From Eledone cirrhosa (lineage: Eukaryota): a stretch of 64,000 nucleotides of DNA. Below the pieces are notes generated by a model, which was given only the letters and a program-made list of their open reading frames with translations, did not search any database and was not told the origin of the DNA. A program made the translations under genes and the position numbers. The stretch spans positions 2,854,892 through 2,918,891 of the forward strand of contig CAXHJY010000096.1 in NCBI GenBank assembly GCA_964016885.1. The letters are read 5' to 3'. The stretch's first letter is position 1. Each line of letters starts with the position of its first letter. This document shows positions 26,201-39,890 of this stretch, piece after piece.

Positions 26201-29200
26201 ATAATCAGGGGGAGATAATTTGTAAAAAAAATCAAGGGGAGATAATTTCCAGCCGTCCAAGGGGAGATAATTTTCAGCCGTCCAAGGGGAGATAATTTCC
26301 CGCCAGCCAAGGGAAGATAATATTTAAAAAAATTAGGCGGAGATAATTTGTAAAAAAAATCAGGGGGAGATAATTTGTAAAAAAATCAGGGGGAGATAAT
26401 TTGTAAAAAAAATCAGGGGGAGATAATTTGTAAAAAAAATCAGGGGGAGATAATTTGTAAAAAAAAATCAGGGGGAGATAATTTGTAAAAAAAATCAAGG
26501 GGAGATAATTTCCAGCCGTCCAAGGGAAGATAATTTCCAGCCCTCCAAGGGGCTATAATTTCCAGCGTCCAAGGGGAGATAATTTCCAGCCAGCGAAGGG
26601 GAGATAATTTTTTTTAAAAAATCATTGGGAGATTTGTAAAAAAAATCAGGGGGAGATAATTTGTAAAAAAAATCAAGGGGAGATAATTTCCAGCCGTCCA
26701 AGGGGAGGTAATATCTAGCCGTCCAAGGGGAGATAATTTCCAGCCGTCCAAGGGGAGATAATTTCCAGCCGTCCAAGGGTAGATAATATCCAGCCGTCCA
26801 AGGACATATTTTCCAGCCGTCCAAGGAGAGGTAATTTCTAGCCGTCCAAGGGGAGATAAATTCCAGCCTCCAAGGTGAGATAATTTCCAGCCAGCCAAGG
26901 GGAGATAATTTGTAAAAAAATCAGGGGGAGATAATTTGTAAAAAAAATCAGGGGGAGATAATTTGTAAAAAAAAATCAGGGGGAGATAATTTGTAAAAAA
27001 AAATCAGGGGGAGATAATTTGTAAAAAAAAATCAGGGGGAGATAATTTGTAAAAAAATCAAGGGGAGATAATTTCCAGCCGTCCAAGGGGAGATAATTTT
27101 CAGCCGTCCAAGGGGAGATAATTTCCCGCCAGCCAAGGGAAGATAATATTTGAAAAAATCAGGCGGAGATAATTTGTAAAAAAAATCAGGGGGAGATAAT
27201 TTGTAAAAAAATCAGGGGGAGATAATTTGTAAAAAAAAATCAGGGGGAGATAATTTGTAAAAAGAATCAGGGGGAGATAATTTGTAAAAAAAAATCAGGG
27301 GTAGATAAATTGTAAAAAAAAATCAGGGGGAGATAATTTGTAAAAAAAATCAGGGGGAGATAATTTGTAAAAAAAATGAAAGGGGAGATAATATCCAGCC
27401 GTCCAAGGGGAGATAATTTCCAGCCGTCCAAGGGGAGATAATTTCCAGCCGTCCAAGGGGAGATAATTTCCATCCTTCCAAGGGGATATAATTTCCAGCC
27501 GTCCAAGGGGAGATAATTTCCCGCCAGCCAAGGGAAGATAATTTTTAAAAAAATCAGGCGGAGATTGTAAAAAAAATCAGGGGGGAGATAATTTGTAAAA
27601 AAATCAGGGGGAGATAATTTGTAAAAAAAAATCAGGGGGAGATAATTTGTAAAAAATATTCAGGGGGAGATAATTTGTAAAAAAAAATCAAGGGGAGATA
27701 ATTTCCAGCCGTCCAAGGGGAGATAATTTCCCGCCAGCCAAGGGAAGATAATATTAAAAAAAATTAGGCGGAGATAATTTGTAAAAAAAATCAGGGGGAG
27801 ATAATTTGTAAAAAAATCAGGGGGAGATAATTTGTAAAAAAAATCAGGGGGAGATAATTTGTAAAAAAATTCATGGGGAGATAATTTGTAAAAAAAAATC
27901 AGGGGTAGATAATTTGTAAAAAAAAATCAGGGGGAGATAATTTGTAAAAAAAAATCAGGGGGAGATAATTTGTAAAAAAAATCAAGGGGAGATAATTTTC
28001 AGCCGTCCAAGGAGAGGTAATTTCTAGCCGTCCAAGGGGAGATAATTTCCAGCCGTCCAAGGGGAGGTAATTTCCAGCCGTCCAAGGGGAGATAATTTTA
28101 AAAAAAAAATCAGGCGGAGATAATTTGTAAAAAAAATCAAGGGGAGATAATTTGCAGCCGTCCAAGGGGAGATAATTTTCAGTCGTCCAAGGAGAGGTAA
28201 TTTCTAGCCGTCCAAGGGGAGATAATTGCCAGCCGTCCAAGGGGAGATAATTTCCAGCCGTCCAAGGGGAGATAATTTTTTTTAAAAAATCAGGCGGAGA
28301 TAATTTGTAAAAAAAATCAGGGGGAGATAATTTGTAAACAAAATCAGGGGGAGATAATTTGTAAAAAAAAATCAGGGGGAGATAATTTGTAAAAAAAATC
28401 ATGGAGAGATAATTTCCAGCCGTCCAAGGTGAGATAATTTCCAGCCGTCCAAGGAGACATATTTTCCAGCCGTCCAAGGCGAGGTAATTTCTAGCCGTCC
28501 AAGGGGAGATAAATTCCAGCCTCCAAGGTGAGATAATTTCCAGCTAGCCAAGTGGAGATAATTTGTAAAAAATCAGGGGGAGATAATTTGTAAAAAATAT
28601 CAGGGAGATAATTTGTAAAAAAAAATTAGGGGGAGATAATTTGTAAAAAAAATCAGGGGGAGATAATTTGTAAAAAAAAATCAGGGGGAGATAATTTGTA
28701 AAAAAAATCAAGGGGAGATAATTTCCAGCCGTCCAAGGGGAGATAATTTTCAGCCGTCCAGGGGGAGATAATTTCCCGCCAGCCAAGGGAAGATAATATT
28801 TAAAAAAATCAGGCGGAGATAATTTGTAAAAAAAATCAGGGGGAGATAATTTGTAAAAAAATCAGGGGGAGATAATTTGTAAAAAAAAAATCAGGGGGAG
28901 ATAATTTGTAAAAAAAATCAGGGGGAGATAATTTGTAAAAAAAAATCAGGGATAGATAATTTGTAAACAAAAATCAGGGGGAGATAATTTGTAAAAAAAA
29001 ATCAGGGGGAGATAATTTGTAAAAAAAATGAAAGGGGAGATAATATCCAGCCGTCCAAGGGGAGATAATTTCCAGCCGTCCAAGGGGATATAATTTCCAG
29101 CCGTCCAAGGGGAGATAATTTCCATCCTTCCAAGGGGATATAATTTCCAGCCGTCCAAGGGGAGATAATTTCCCGCCAGCCAAGGGAAGATAATTTTTAA

Positions 29201-30820
29201 AAAAATCAGGCGGAGATTGTAAAAAAAATCAGGGGGGAGATAATTTGTAAAAAAATCAGGGGGAGATAATTTGTAAAAAATAATCAGGGGGAGATAATTT
29301 GTAAAAAAATTCAAGGGGAGATAATTTCCAGCCGTCCAAGGGGAGATAATTTCCCGCCAGCCAAGGGAAGATAATATTTAAAAAAATTAGGCGGAGATAA
29401 TTTGTAAAAAAAATCAGGGGGAGATAATTTGTAAAAAAATCAGGGGGAGATAATTTGTAAAAAAAATCAGGGGGAGATAATTTGTAAAAAAAATCATGGG
29501 GAGATAATTTGTAAAAAAAAATCAGGGGTAGATAATTTGTAAAAAAAAATCAGGGGGAGATAATTTGTAAAAAAAAATCAGGGGGAGATAATTTGTAAAA
29601 AAAATCAAGGGGAGATAATATCCAGCCGTCCAAGGAGAGATAATTTAAAAAAAAAATGAGGCGGAGATAATTTGTAAAAAAAAAATCAGGGGGAGTTAAT
29701 TTGTAAAAAAAAATGAGGGGGAGATAATTTGTAAAAAAAATCAAGGGGAGATAATTTCCAGCCGTCCAAGGGGAGATAATTTTCAGCCGTCCAAGGAGAG
29801 GTAATTTCTAGCCGTCCAAGGGGAGATAATTTCCAGCCGTCCAAGGGGAGGTAATTTCCAGCCGTCCAAGGGGAGATAATTTTAAAAAAAAATCAGGCGG
29901 AGATAATTTGTAAAAAAAATCAAGGGGAGATAATTTGCAGCCGTCCAAGGGGAGATAATTTTCAGTCGTCCAAGGAGAGGTAATTTCTAGCCGTCCAAGG
30001 GGAGATAATTTCCAGCCGTCCAAGGGGAGATAATTTCCAGCCGTCCAAGGGGAGATAATTTTTTTTAAAAAATCAGGCGGAGATAATTTGTAAAAAAAAT
30101 CAGGGGGAGATAATTTGTAAACAAAATCAGGGGGAGATAATTTGTAAAAAAAAATCAGGGGGAGATAATTTGTAAAAAAAATTAGGCGTAGATAATTTGT
30201 AAAAAAAATCAGGGGGAGATAATTTGTAAAAAAAAATCAGGGGGAGATAATTTGTTTAAAAAATCAAGGGGAGATAATTTGCAGCCGTCCAAGGGGAGAT
30301 AATTTTCAGCCGTCCAAGGAGAGGTAATTTCTAGCCGTTCAAGGGGAGATAATTTCCAGCCGTCCAAGGGGAGATAATTTCCAGCCGTCCAAGGGGAGAT
30401 AATTTTTTTTAAAAAATCAGGCGGAGATAATTTGTAAAAAAAAATCAGGGGGAGATAATTCGTAAAAAAAAATCAGGGGGAGATAATTTGTAAAAAAAAA
30501 TCAGGGGGAGATAATTTGTAAAAAAAATCAAGGGGAGATAATTTCCAGCCGTCCAAGGGGAGGTAATATCTAGCCGTCCAAGGGGAGATAATTTCCAGCC
30601 GTCCAAGGGGAGATAATTTCCAGCCGTCCAAGGGGAGATAATTTCCAGCCGTCCAAGGAGACATATTTTCCAGCCGTCCAAGGCGAGGTAATTTCTAGCC
30701 GTCCAAGGGGAGATTAATTCCAGCCTCCAAGGGGAGATAATTTCCAGCCAGCCAAGGGGAGATAATTTGTAAAAAAATCAGGGGGAGATAATTTGTAAAA
30801 AATATCAGGGAGATAATTTG
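13520..30820 (+). repeat. ~11.0 kb-offset duplication (about 13.5-19.8 kb vs 24.5-30.8 kb)
   Basis: ORF twins are offset 10932 (14680/25612) and then 11010-11011 (15263/26274, 16257/27267, 18539/29550, 19435/30445). Shared variants include TATTTGAAAAAATC, AAAAGAATC, CCAGCTAGCC, CAGGGATAG and GATTAATTCC. Confidence 0.8.
20750..26950 (+). repeat. Tandem duplication, ~3.04-3.12 kb unit
   Basis: CAGGGTGAGATAATTTGC at 20869 and 23911 (offset 3042). ORF twins 21399/24441, 22570/25612 and 22871/25913 are all offset 3042. Confidence 0.85.
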
Positions 30821-33800
30821 TAAAAAAAATCAGCGGGAGATAATTTGTAAAAAAAAATCAGGGGTAGATAATTTGTAAAAAAAAATCAGGGGGAGATAAT
30901 TTGTAAAAAAAAATCAGGGGGAGATAATTTGTAAAAAAAATCAAGGGGAGATAATTTCCAGCCGTCCAAGGAGAGATAATTTTAAAAAAAATCAGGCGGA
31001 GATAATTTGTAAAAAAAAATCAGGGGGAGATAATTTGTAAAAAAAATCAGGGGGAGATAATTTGTAAAAAAAAATCAGGGGTAGATAATTTGTAAAAAAA
31101 AATCAGGGGGAGATAATTTGTAAAAAAAAATCAGGGGGAGATAATTTGTAAAAAAAATCAAGGGGAGATAATTTCCAGCCGTCCAAGGAGAGATAATTTT
31201 TAAAAAAATCAGGCGGAGATAATTTGTAAAAAAAAATTAGGGGGAGATAATTTGTAAAAAAAAATCAGGGGGAGATAATTTGTAAAAAAAATCAAGGGGA
31301 GATAATTTCCAGCCGTCCAAGGGGAGATAATTTTCAGCCGTCCAAGGGGAGATAATTTCCCGCCAGCCAAGGGAAGATAATATTCAAAAAAATCAGGCGG
31401 AGATAATTTGTAAAAAAAATCAGGGGGAGATAATTTGTAAAAAAATCAGGGGGAGATAATTTGTAAAAAAAAAAATCAGGGGGAGATAATTTGTAAAAAA
31501 AATCAGGGGGAGATAATTTGTAAAAAAAAATCAGGGGTAGATAATTTGTAAAAAAAAATCAGGGGGAGATAATTTGTAAAAAAAAATCAGGGGGAGATAA
31601 TTTGTAAAAAAAATGAAAGGGGAGATAATATCCAGCCGTCCAAGGGGAGATAATTTCCAGCCGTCCAAGGGGAGATAATTTCCAGCCCTCCAAGGGGAGA
31701 TAATTTCCATCCTTCCAAGGGGATATAATTTCCAGCCGTCCAAGGGGAGATAATTTCCATCCTTCCAAGGGGATATAATTTCCAGCCGTCCAAGGGGAGA
31801 TAATTTTCAGCCGTCCAAGGAGAGGTAATTTCTAGCCGTCCAAGGAGAGATAATTTCCAGCCGTCCAAGGGGAGATAATTTCCAGCCGTCCAAGGGGAGA
31901 TAATTTCCAGCCGTCCAAGGAGACATATTTTCCAGCCGTCCAAGGAGAGGTAATTCCTAGCCGTCCAAGGGGAGATAAATTCCAGCCTCCAAGGGGAGAT
32001 AATTTCCAGCCAGCCAAGGGGAGATAATTTGTAAAAAAAATCAGGGGGAGATAATTTGTAAAAAAAATCAGGGGGAGATAATTTGTAAAAAAAAATCAGG
32101 GGGAGATAATTTGTAAAAAATAATCAGGGGGAGATAATTTGTAAAAAAAATCAAGGGGAGATAATTTCCAGCCGTCCAAGGGGAGATAATTTTCAGCCGT
32201 CCAAGGGGAGATAATTTCCCGCCAGCCAAGGGAAGATAATATTTAAAAAAATTAGGCGGAGATAATTTGTAAAAAAAATCAGGGGGAGATAATTTGTAAA
32301 AAAATCAGGGGGAGATAATTTGTAAAAAAAATCAGGGGGAGATAATTTGTAAAAAAAATCAGGGGGAGATAATTTGTATAAAAAAATCAGGGGGAGATAA
32401 TTTGTAAAAAAAATCAAGGGGAGATAATTTCCAGCCGTCCAAGGGAAGATAATTTCCAGCCCTCCAAGGGGCTATAATTTCCAGCGTCCAAGGGGAGATA
32501 ATTTCCAGCCAGCGAAGGGGAGATAATTTTTTTTTAAAAATCATTGGGAGATTTGTAAAAAAAATCAGGGGGAGATAATTTGTAAAAAAAATCAAGGGGA
32601 GATAATTTCCAGCCGTCCAAGGGGAGGTAATATCTAGCCGTCCAAGGGGAGATAATTTCCAGCCGTCCAAGGGGAGATAATTTCCAGCCGTCCAAGGGTA
32701 GATAATATCCAGCCGTCCAAGGACATATTTTCCAGCCGTCCAAGGAGAGGTAATTTCTAGCCGTCCAAGGGGAGATAAATTCCAGCCTCCAAGGTGAGAT
32801 AATTTCCAGCCAGCCAAGGGGAGATAATTTGTAAAAAAATCAGGGGGAGATAATTTGTAAAAAAAATCAGGGGGAGATAATTTGTAAAAAAAAATCAGGG
32901 GGAGATAATTTGTAAAAAAAAATCAGGGGGAGATAATTTGTAAAAAAAAATCAGGGTGAGATAATTTGCAAAAAAAATCAGGGGGAGATAATTTGTAAAA
33001 AAAAATCAGGGGTAGATAATTTGTAAAAAAAAATCAGGGGGAGATAATTTGTAAAAAAAAATCAGGGGGAGATAATTTGTAAAAAAAATCAAGGGGAGAT
33101 AATTTCCAGCCGTCCAAGGAGAGATAATTTAAAAAAAAATCAGGCGGAGATAATTTGTAAAAAAAAATCAGGGGGAGATAATTTGTAAAAAAAATCAGGG
33201 GGAGATAATTTGTAAAAAAAAATCAGGGGTAGATAATTTGTAAAAAAAAATCAGGGGGAGATAATTTGTAAAAAAAAATCAGGAGGAGATAATTTGTAAA
33301 AAAAATCAAGGGGAGATAATTTCCAGCCGTCCAAGGAGAGATAATTTAAAAAAAAATCAGGCGGAGATAATTTGTAAAAAAAAATCAGGGGGAGATAATT
33401 TGTAAAAAAAAATCAGGGGGAGATAATTTGTAAAAAAAATCAAGGGGAGATAATTTCCAGCCGTCCAAGGGGAGATAATTTTCAGCCGTCCAAGGGGAGA
33501 TAATTTCCAGCCAGCGAAGGGGAGATAATTTTTTTTAAAAAATCATTGGGAGATTTGTAAAAAAAATCAGGGGGAGATAATTTGTAAAAAAAATCAAGGG
33601 GAGATAATTTCCAGCCGTCCAAGGAGAGGTAATATCTAGCCGTCCAAGGGGAGATAATTTCCAGCCGTCCAAGGGGAGATAATTTCCAGCCGTCCCAGGG
33701 TAGATAATATCCAGCCGCCCAAGGACATATTTTCCAGCCGTCCAAGGAGAGGTAATTTCTAGCCGTCCAAGGGGAGATAAATTCCAGCCTCCAAGGGGAG

Positions 33801-36800
33801 ATAATTTCCAGCCAGCCAAGGGGAGATAATTTGTAAAAAAATCAGGGGGAGATAATTTGTAAAAAAAATCAGGGGGAGATAATTTGTAAAAAAAAATCAG
33901 GGGGAGATAATTTGTAAAAAAAAATCAGGGGGAGATAATTTGCAAAAAAAATCAGGGGGAGATAATTTGTAAAAAAAAATCAGGGGTAGATAATTTGTAA
34001 AAAAAAATCAGGGGGAGATAATTTGTAAAAAAAAATCAGGGGGAGATAATTTGTAAAAAAAATCAAGGGGAGATAATTTCCAGCCGTCCAAGGAGAGATA
34101 ATTTTAAAAAAAATCAGGCGGAGATAATTTGTAAAAAAAAATCAGGGGGAGATAATTTGTAAAAAAAATCAGGGGGAGATAATTTGTAAAAAAAAATCAG
34201 GGGTAGATAATTTGTAAAAAAAAATCAGGGGGAGATAATTTGTAAAAAAAAATCAGGGGGAGATAATTTGTAAAAAAAATCAAGGGGAGATAATTTCCAG
34301 CCGTCCAAGGAGAGATAATTTTAAAAAAAATCAGGCGGAGATAATTTGTAAAAAAAAATTAGGGGGAGATAATTTGTAAAAAAAAATCAGGGGGAGATAA
34401 TTTGTAAAAAAAATCAAGGGGAGATAATTTCCAGCCGTCCAAGGGGAGATAATTTTCAGCCGTCCAAGGGGAGATAATTTCCCGCCAGCCAAGGGAAGAT
34501 AATATTCAAAAAAATCAGGCGGAGATAATTTGTAAAAAAAATCAGGGGGAGATAATTTGTAAAAAAATCAGGGGGAGATAATTTGTAAAAAAAAAATCAG
34601 GGGGAGATAATTTGTAAAAAAAATCAGGGGGAGATAATTTGTAAAAAAAAATCAGGGGTAGATAATTTGTAAAAAAAAATCAGGGGGAGATAATTTGTAA
34701 AAAAAAATCAGGGGGAGATAATTTGTAAAAAAAATGAAAGGGGAGATAATATCCAGCCGTCCAAGGGGAGATAATTTCCAGCCGTCCAAGGGGAGATAAT
34801 TTCCAGCCGTCCAAGGGGAGATAATTTCCATCCTTCCAAGGGGATATAATTTCCAGCCGTCCAAGGGGAGATAATTTCCATCCTTCCAAGGGGATATAAT
34901 TTCCAGCCGTCCAAGGGGAGATAATTTTCAGCCGTCCAAGGAGAGGTAATTTCTAGCCGTCCAAGGAGAGATAATTTCCAGCCGTCCAAGGGGAGATAAT
35001 TTCCAGCCGTCCAAGGGGAGATAATTTCCAGCCGTCCAAGGAGACATATTTTCCAGCCGTCCAAGGAGAGGTAATTCCTAGCCGTCCAAGGGGAGATAAA
35101 TTCCAGCCTCCAAGGGGAGATAATTTCCAGCCAGCCAAGGGGAGATAATTTGTAAAAAAAATCAGGGGGAGATAATTTGTAAAAAAAATCAGGGGGAGAT
35201 AATTTGTAAAAAAAAATCAGGGGGAGATAATTTGTAAAAAATAATCAGGGGGAGATAATTTGTAAAAAAAATCAAGGGGAGATAATTTCCAGCCGTCCAA
35301 GGGGAGATAATTTTCAGCCGTCCAAGGGGAGATAATTTCCCGCCAGCCAAGGGAAGATAATATTTAAAAAAATTAGGCGGAGATAATTTGTAAAAAAAAT
35401 CAGGGGGAGATAATTTGTAAAAAAATCAGGGGGAGATAATTTGTAAAAAAAATCAGGGGGAGATAATTTGTAAAAAAAATCAGGGGGAGATAATTTGTAA
35501 AAAAAAATCAGGGGGAGATAATTTGTAAAAAAAATCAAGGGGAGATAATTTCCAGCCGTCCAAGGGAAGATAATTTCCAGCCCTCCAAGGGGCTATAATT
35601 TCCAGCGTCCAAGGGGAGATAATTTCCAGCCAGCGAAGGGGAGATAATTTTTTTTAAAAAATCATTGGGAGATTTGTAAAAAAAATCAGGGGGAGATAAT
35701 TTGTAAAAAAAATCAAGGGGAGATAATTTCCAGCCGTCCAAGGGGAGGTAATATCTAGCCGTCCAAGGGGAGATAATTTCCAGCCGTCCAAGGGGAGATA
35801 ATTTCCAGCCGTCCAAGGGTAGATAATATCCAGCCGTCCAAGGACATATTTTCCAGCCGTCCAAGGAGAGGTAATTTCTAGCCGTCCAAGGGGAGATAAA
35901 TTCCAGCCTCCAAGGTGAGATAATTTCCAGCCAGCCAAGGGGAGATAATTTGTAAAAAAATCAGGGGGAGATAATTTGTAAAAAAAATCAGGGGGAGATA
36001 ATTTGTAAAAAAAAATCAGGGGGAGATAATTTGTAAAAAAAAATCAGGGGGAGATAATTTGTAAAAAAAAATCAGGGGGAGATAATTTGTAAAAAAATCA
36101 AGGGGAGATAATTTCCAGCCGTCCAAGGGGAGATAATTTTCAGCCGTCCAAGGGGAGATAATTTCCCGCCAGCCAAGGGAAGATAATATTTGAAAAAATC
36201 AGGCGGAGATAATTTGTAAAAAAAATCAGGGGGAGATAATTTGTAAAAAAATCAGGGGGAGATAATTTGTAAAAAAAAAATCAGGGGGAGATAATTTGTA
36301 AAAAGAATCAGGGGGAGATAATTTGTAAAAAAAAATCAGGGGTAGATAAATTGTAAAAAAAAATCAGGGTGAGATAATTTGTAAAAAAAATCAGGGGGAG
36401 ATAATTTGTAAAAAAAATGAAAGGGGAGATAATATCCAGCCGTCCAAGGGGAGATAATTTCCAGCCGTCCAAGGGGAGATAATTTCCAGCCGTCCAAGGG
36501 GAGATAATTTCCATCCTTCCAAGGGGATATAATTTCCAGCCGTCCAAGGGGAGATAATTTCCCGCCAGCCAAGGGAAGATAATTTTTAAAAAAATCAGGC
36601 GGAGATTGTAAAAAAAATCAGGGGGGAGATAATTTGTAAAAAAATCAGGGGGAGATAATTTGTAAAAAAAAATCAGGGGGAGATAATTTGTAAAAAATAT
36701 TCAGGGGGAGATAATTTGTAAAAAAAAATCAAGGGGAGATAATTTCCAGCCGTCCAAGGGGAGATAATTTCCCGCCAGCCAAGGGAAGATAATATTTAAA

Positions 36801-39800
36801 AAAATTAGGCGGAGATAATTTGTAAAAAAAATCAGGGGGAGATAATTTGTAAAAAAATCAGGAGGAGATAATTTGTAAAAAAAATCAGGGGGAGATAATT
36901 TGTAAAAAAATTCATGGGGAGATAATTTGTAAAAAAAAATCAGGGGTAGATAATTTGTAAAAAAAAATCAGGGGGAGATAATTTGTAAAAAAAAATCAGG
37001 GGGAGATAATTTGTAAAAAAAATCAAGGGGAGATAATTTTCAGCCGTCCAAGGAGAGGTAATTTCTAGCCGTCCAAGGGGAGATAATTTCCAGCCGTCCA
37101 AGGGGAGGTAATTTCCAGCCGTCCAAGGGGAGATAATTTTAAAAAAAAAATCAGGCGGAGATAATTTGTAAAAAAAATCAAGGGGAGATAATTTGCAGCC
37201 GTCCAAGGGGAGATAATTTTCAGTCGTCCAAGGAGAGGTAATTTCTAGCCGTCCAAGGGGAGATAATTGCCAGCCGTCCAAGGGGAGATAATTTCCAGCC
37301 GTCCAAGGGGAGATAATTTTTTTTAAAAAATCAGGCGGAGATAATTTGTAAAAAAAATCAGGGGGAGATAATTTGTAAACAAAATCAGGGGGAGATAATT
37401 TGTAAAAAAAAATCAGGGGGAGATAATTTGTAAAAAAAATCATGGAGAGATAATTTCCAGCCGTCCAAGGTGAGATAATTTCCAGCCGTCCAAGGAGACA
37501 TATTTTCCAGCCGTCCAAGGCGAGGTAATTTCTAGCCGTCCAAGGGGAGATAAATTCCAGCCTCCAAGGGGAGATAATTTCCAGCTAGCCAAGTGGAGAT
37601 AATTTGTAAAAAAATCAGGGGGAGATAATTTGTAAAAAATATCAGGGAGATAATTTGTAAAAAAAAATCAGGGGGAGATAATTTGTAAAAAAAATCAGGG
37701 GGAGATAATTTGTAAAAAAAAATCAGGGGGAGATAATTTGTAAAAAAAATCAAGGGGAGATAATTTCCAGCCGTCCAAGGGGAGATAATTTTCAGCCGTC
37801 CAAGGGGAGATAATTTCCCGCCAGCCAAGGGAAGATAATATTTAAAAAAATCAGGCGGAGATAATTTGTAAAAAAAATCAGGGGGAGATAATTTGTAAAA
37901 AAATCAGGGGGAGATAATTTGTAAAAAAAAAATCAGGGGGAGATAATTTGTAAAAAAAATCAGGGGGAGATAATTTGTAAAAAAAAATCAGGGATAGATA
38001 ATTTGTAAACAAAAATCAGGGGGAGATAATTTGTAAAAAAAAATCAGGGGGAGATAATTTGTAAAAAAAATGAAAGGGGAGATAATATCCAGCCGTCCAA
38101 GGGGAGATAATTTCCAGCCGTCCAAGGGGATATAATTTCCAGTCGTCCAAGGGGAGATAATTTACATCCTTCCAAGGGGATATAATTTCCAGCCGTCCAA
38201 GGGGAGATAATTTCCCGCCAGCCAAGGGAAGATAATTTTAAAAAAAATCAGGCGGAGATTGTAAAAAAAATCAGGGGGGAGATAATTTGTAAAAAAATCA
38301 GGGGGAGATAATTTGTAAAAAATAATCAGGGGGAGATAATTTGTAAAAAAATTCAAGGGGAGATAATTTCCAGCCGTCCAAGGGGAGATAATTTCCCGCC
38401 AGCCAAGGGAAGATAATATTTAAAAAAATTAGGCGGAGATAATTTGTAAAAAAAATCAGGGGGAGATAATTTGTAAAAAAATCAGGGGGAGATAATTTGT
38501 AAAAAAAATCAGGGGGAGATAATTTGTAAAAAAAATCATGGGGAGATAATTTGTAAAAAAAAATCAGGGGTAGATAATTTGTAAAAAAAAATCAGGGGGA
38601 GATAATTTGTAAAAAAAAATCAGGGGGAGATAATTTGTAAAAAAAATCAAGGGGAGATAATATCCAGCCGTCCAAGGAGAGATAATTTAAAAAAAAAATG
38701 AGGCGGAGATAATTTGTAAAAAAAAAATCAGGGGGAGTTAATTTGTAAAAAAAAATGAGGGGGAGATAATTTGTAAAAAAAATCAAGGGGAGATAATTTC
38801 CAGCCGTCCAAGGGGAGATAATTTTCAGCCGTCCAAGGAGAGGTAATTTCTAGCCGTCCAAGGGGAGATAATTTCCAGCCGTCCAAGGGGAGGTAATTTC
38901 CAGCCGTCCAAGGGGAGATAATTTTAAAAAAAAATCAGGCGGAGATAATTTGTAAAAAAAATCAAGGGGAGATAATTTGCAGCCGTCCAAGGGGAGATAA
39001 TTTTCAGTCGTCCAAGGAGAGGTAATTTCTAGCCGTCCAAGGGGAGATAATTTCCAGCCGTCCAAGGGGAGATAATTTCCAGCCGTCCAAGGGGAGATAA
39101 TTTTTTTTAAAAAATCAGGCGGAGATAATTTGTAAAAAAAATCAGGGGGAGATAATTTGTAAACAAAATCAGGGGGAGATAATTTGTAAAAAAAAATCAG
39201 GGGGAGATAATTTGTAAAAAAAATTAGGCGTAGATAATTTGTAAAAAAAATCAGGGGGAGATAATTTGTAAAAAAAAATCAGGGGGAGATAATTTGTTTA
39301 AAAAATCAAGGGGAGATAATTTGCAGCCGTCCAAGGGGAGATAATTTTCAGCCGTCCAAGGAGAGGTAATTTCTAGCCGTTCAAGGGGAGATAATTTCCA
39401 GCCGTCCAAGGGGAGATAATTTCCAGCCGTCCAAGGGGAGATAATTTTTTTTAAAAAATCAGGCGGAGATAATTTGTAAAAAAAAATCAGGGGGAGATAA
39501 TTCGTAAAAAAAAATCAGGGGGAGATAATTTGTAAAAAAAAATCAGGGGGAGATAATTTGTAAAAAAAATCAAGGGGAGATAATTTCCAGCCGTCCAAGG
39601 GGAGGTAATATCTAGCCGTCCAAGGGGAGATAATTTCCAGCCGTCCAAGGGGAGATAATTTCCAGCCGTCCAAGGGGAGATAATTTCCAGCCGTCCAAGG
39701 GGAGATAATTTCCAGCCGTCCAAGGAGACATATTTTCCAGCCGTCCAAGGAGAGGTAATTTCTAGCCGTCCAAGGGGAGATAAATTCCAGCCTCCAAGGG

Positions 39801-39890
39801 GAGATAATTTCCAGCCAGCCAAGGGGAGATAATTTGTAAAAAAATCAGGGGGAGATAATTTGTAAAAAATATCAGGGAGATAATTTGTAA
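21870..39890 (+). repeat. Large near-perfect tandem duplication, ~9.0 kb unit (about 21870-30830 and 30831-39890)
   Basis: ORF twins are offset 8961 (22570/31531) and then 9040-9042 throughout (23318/32359, 24441/33482, 26274/35314, 27899/36940, 29550/38592, 30445/39487). The variant AAAAATATTCAGG is seen only near 27655 and 36695. Confidence 0.9.
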
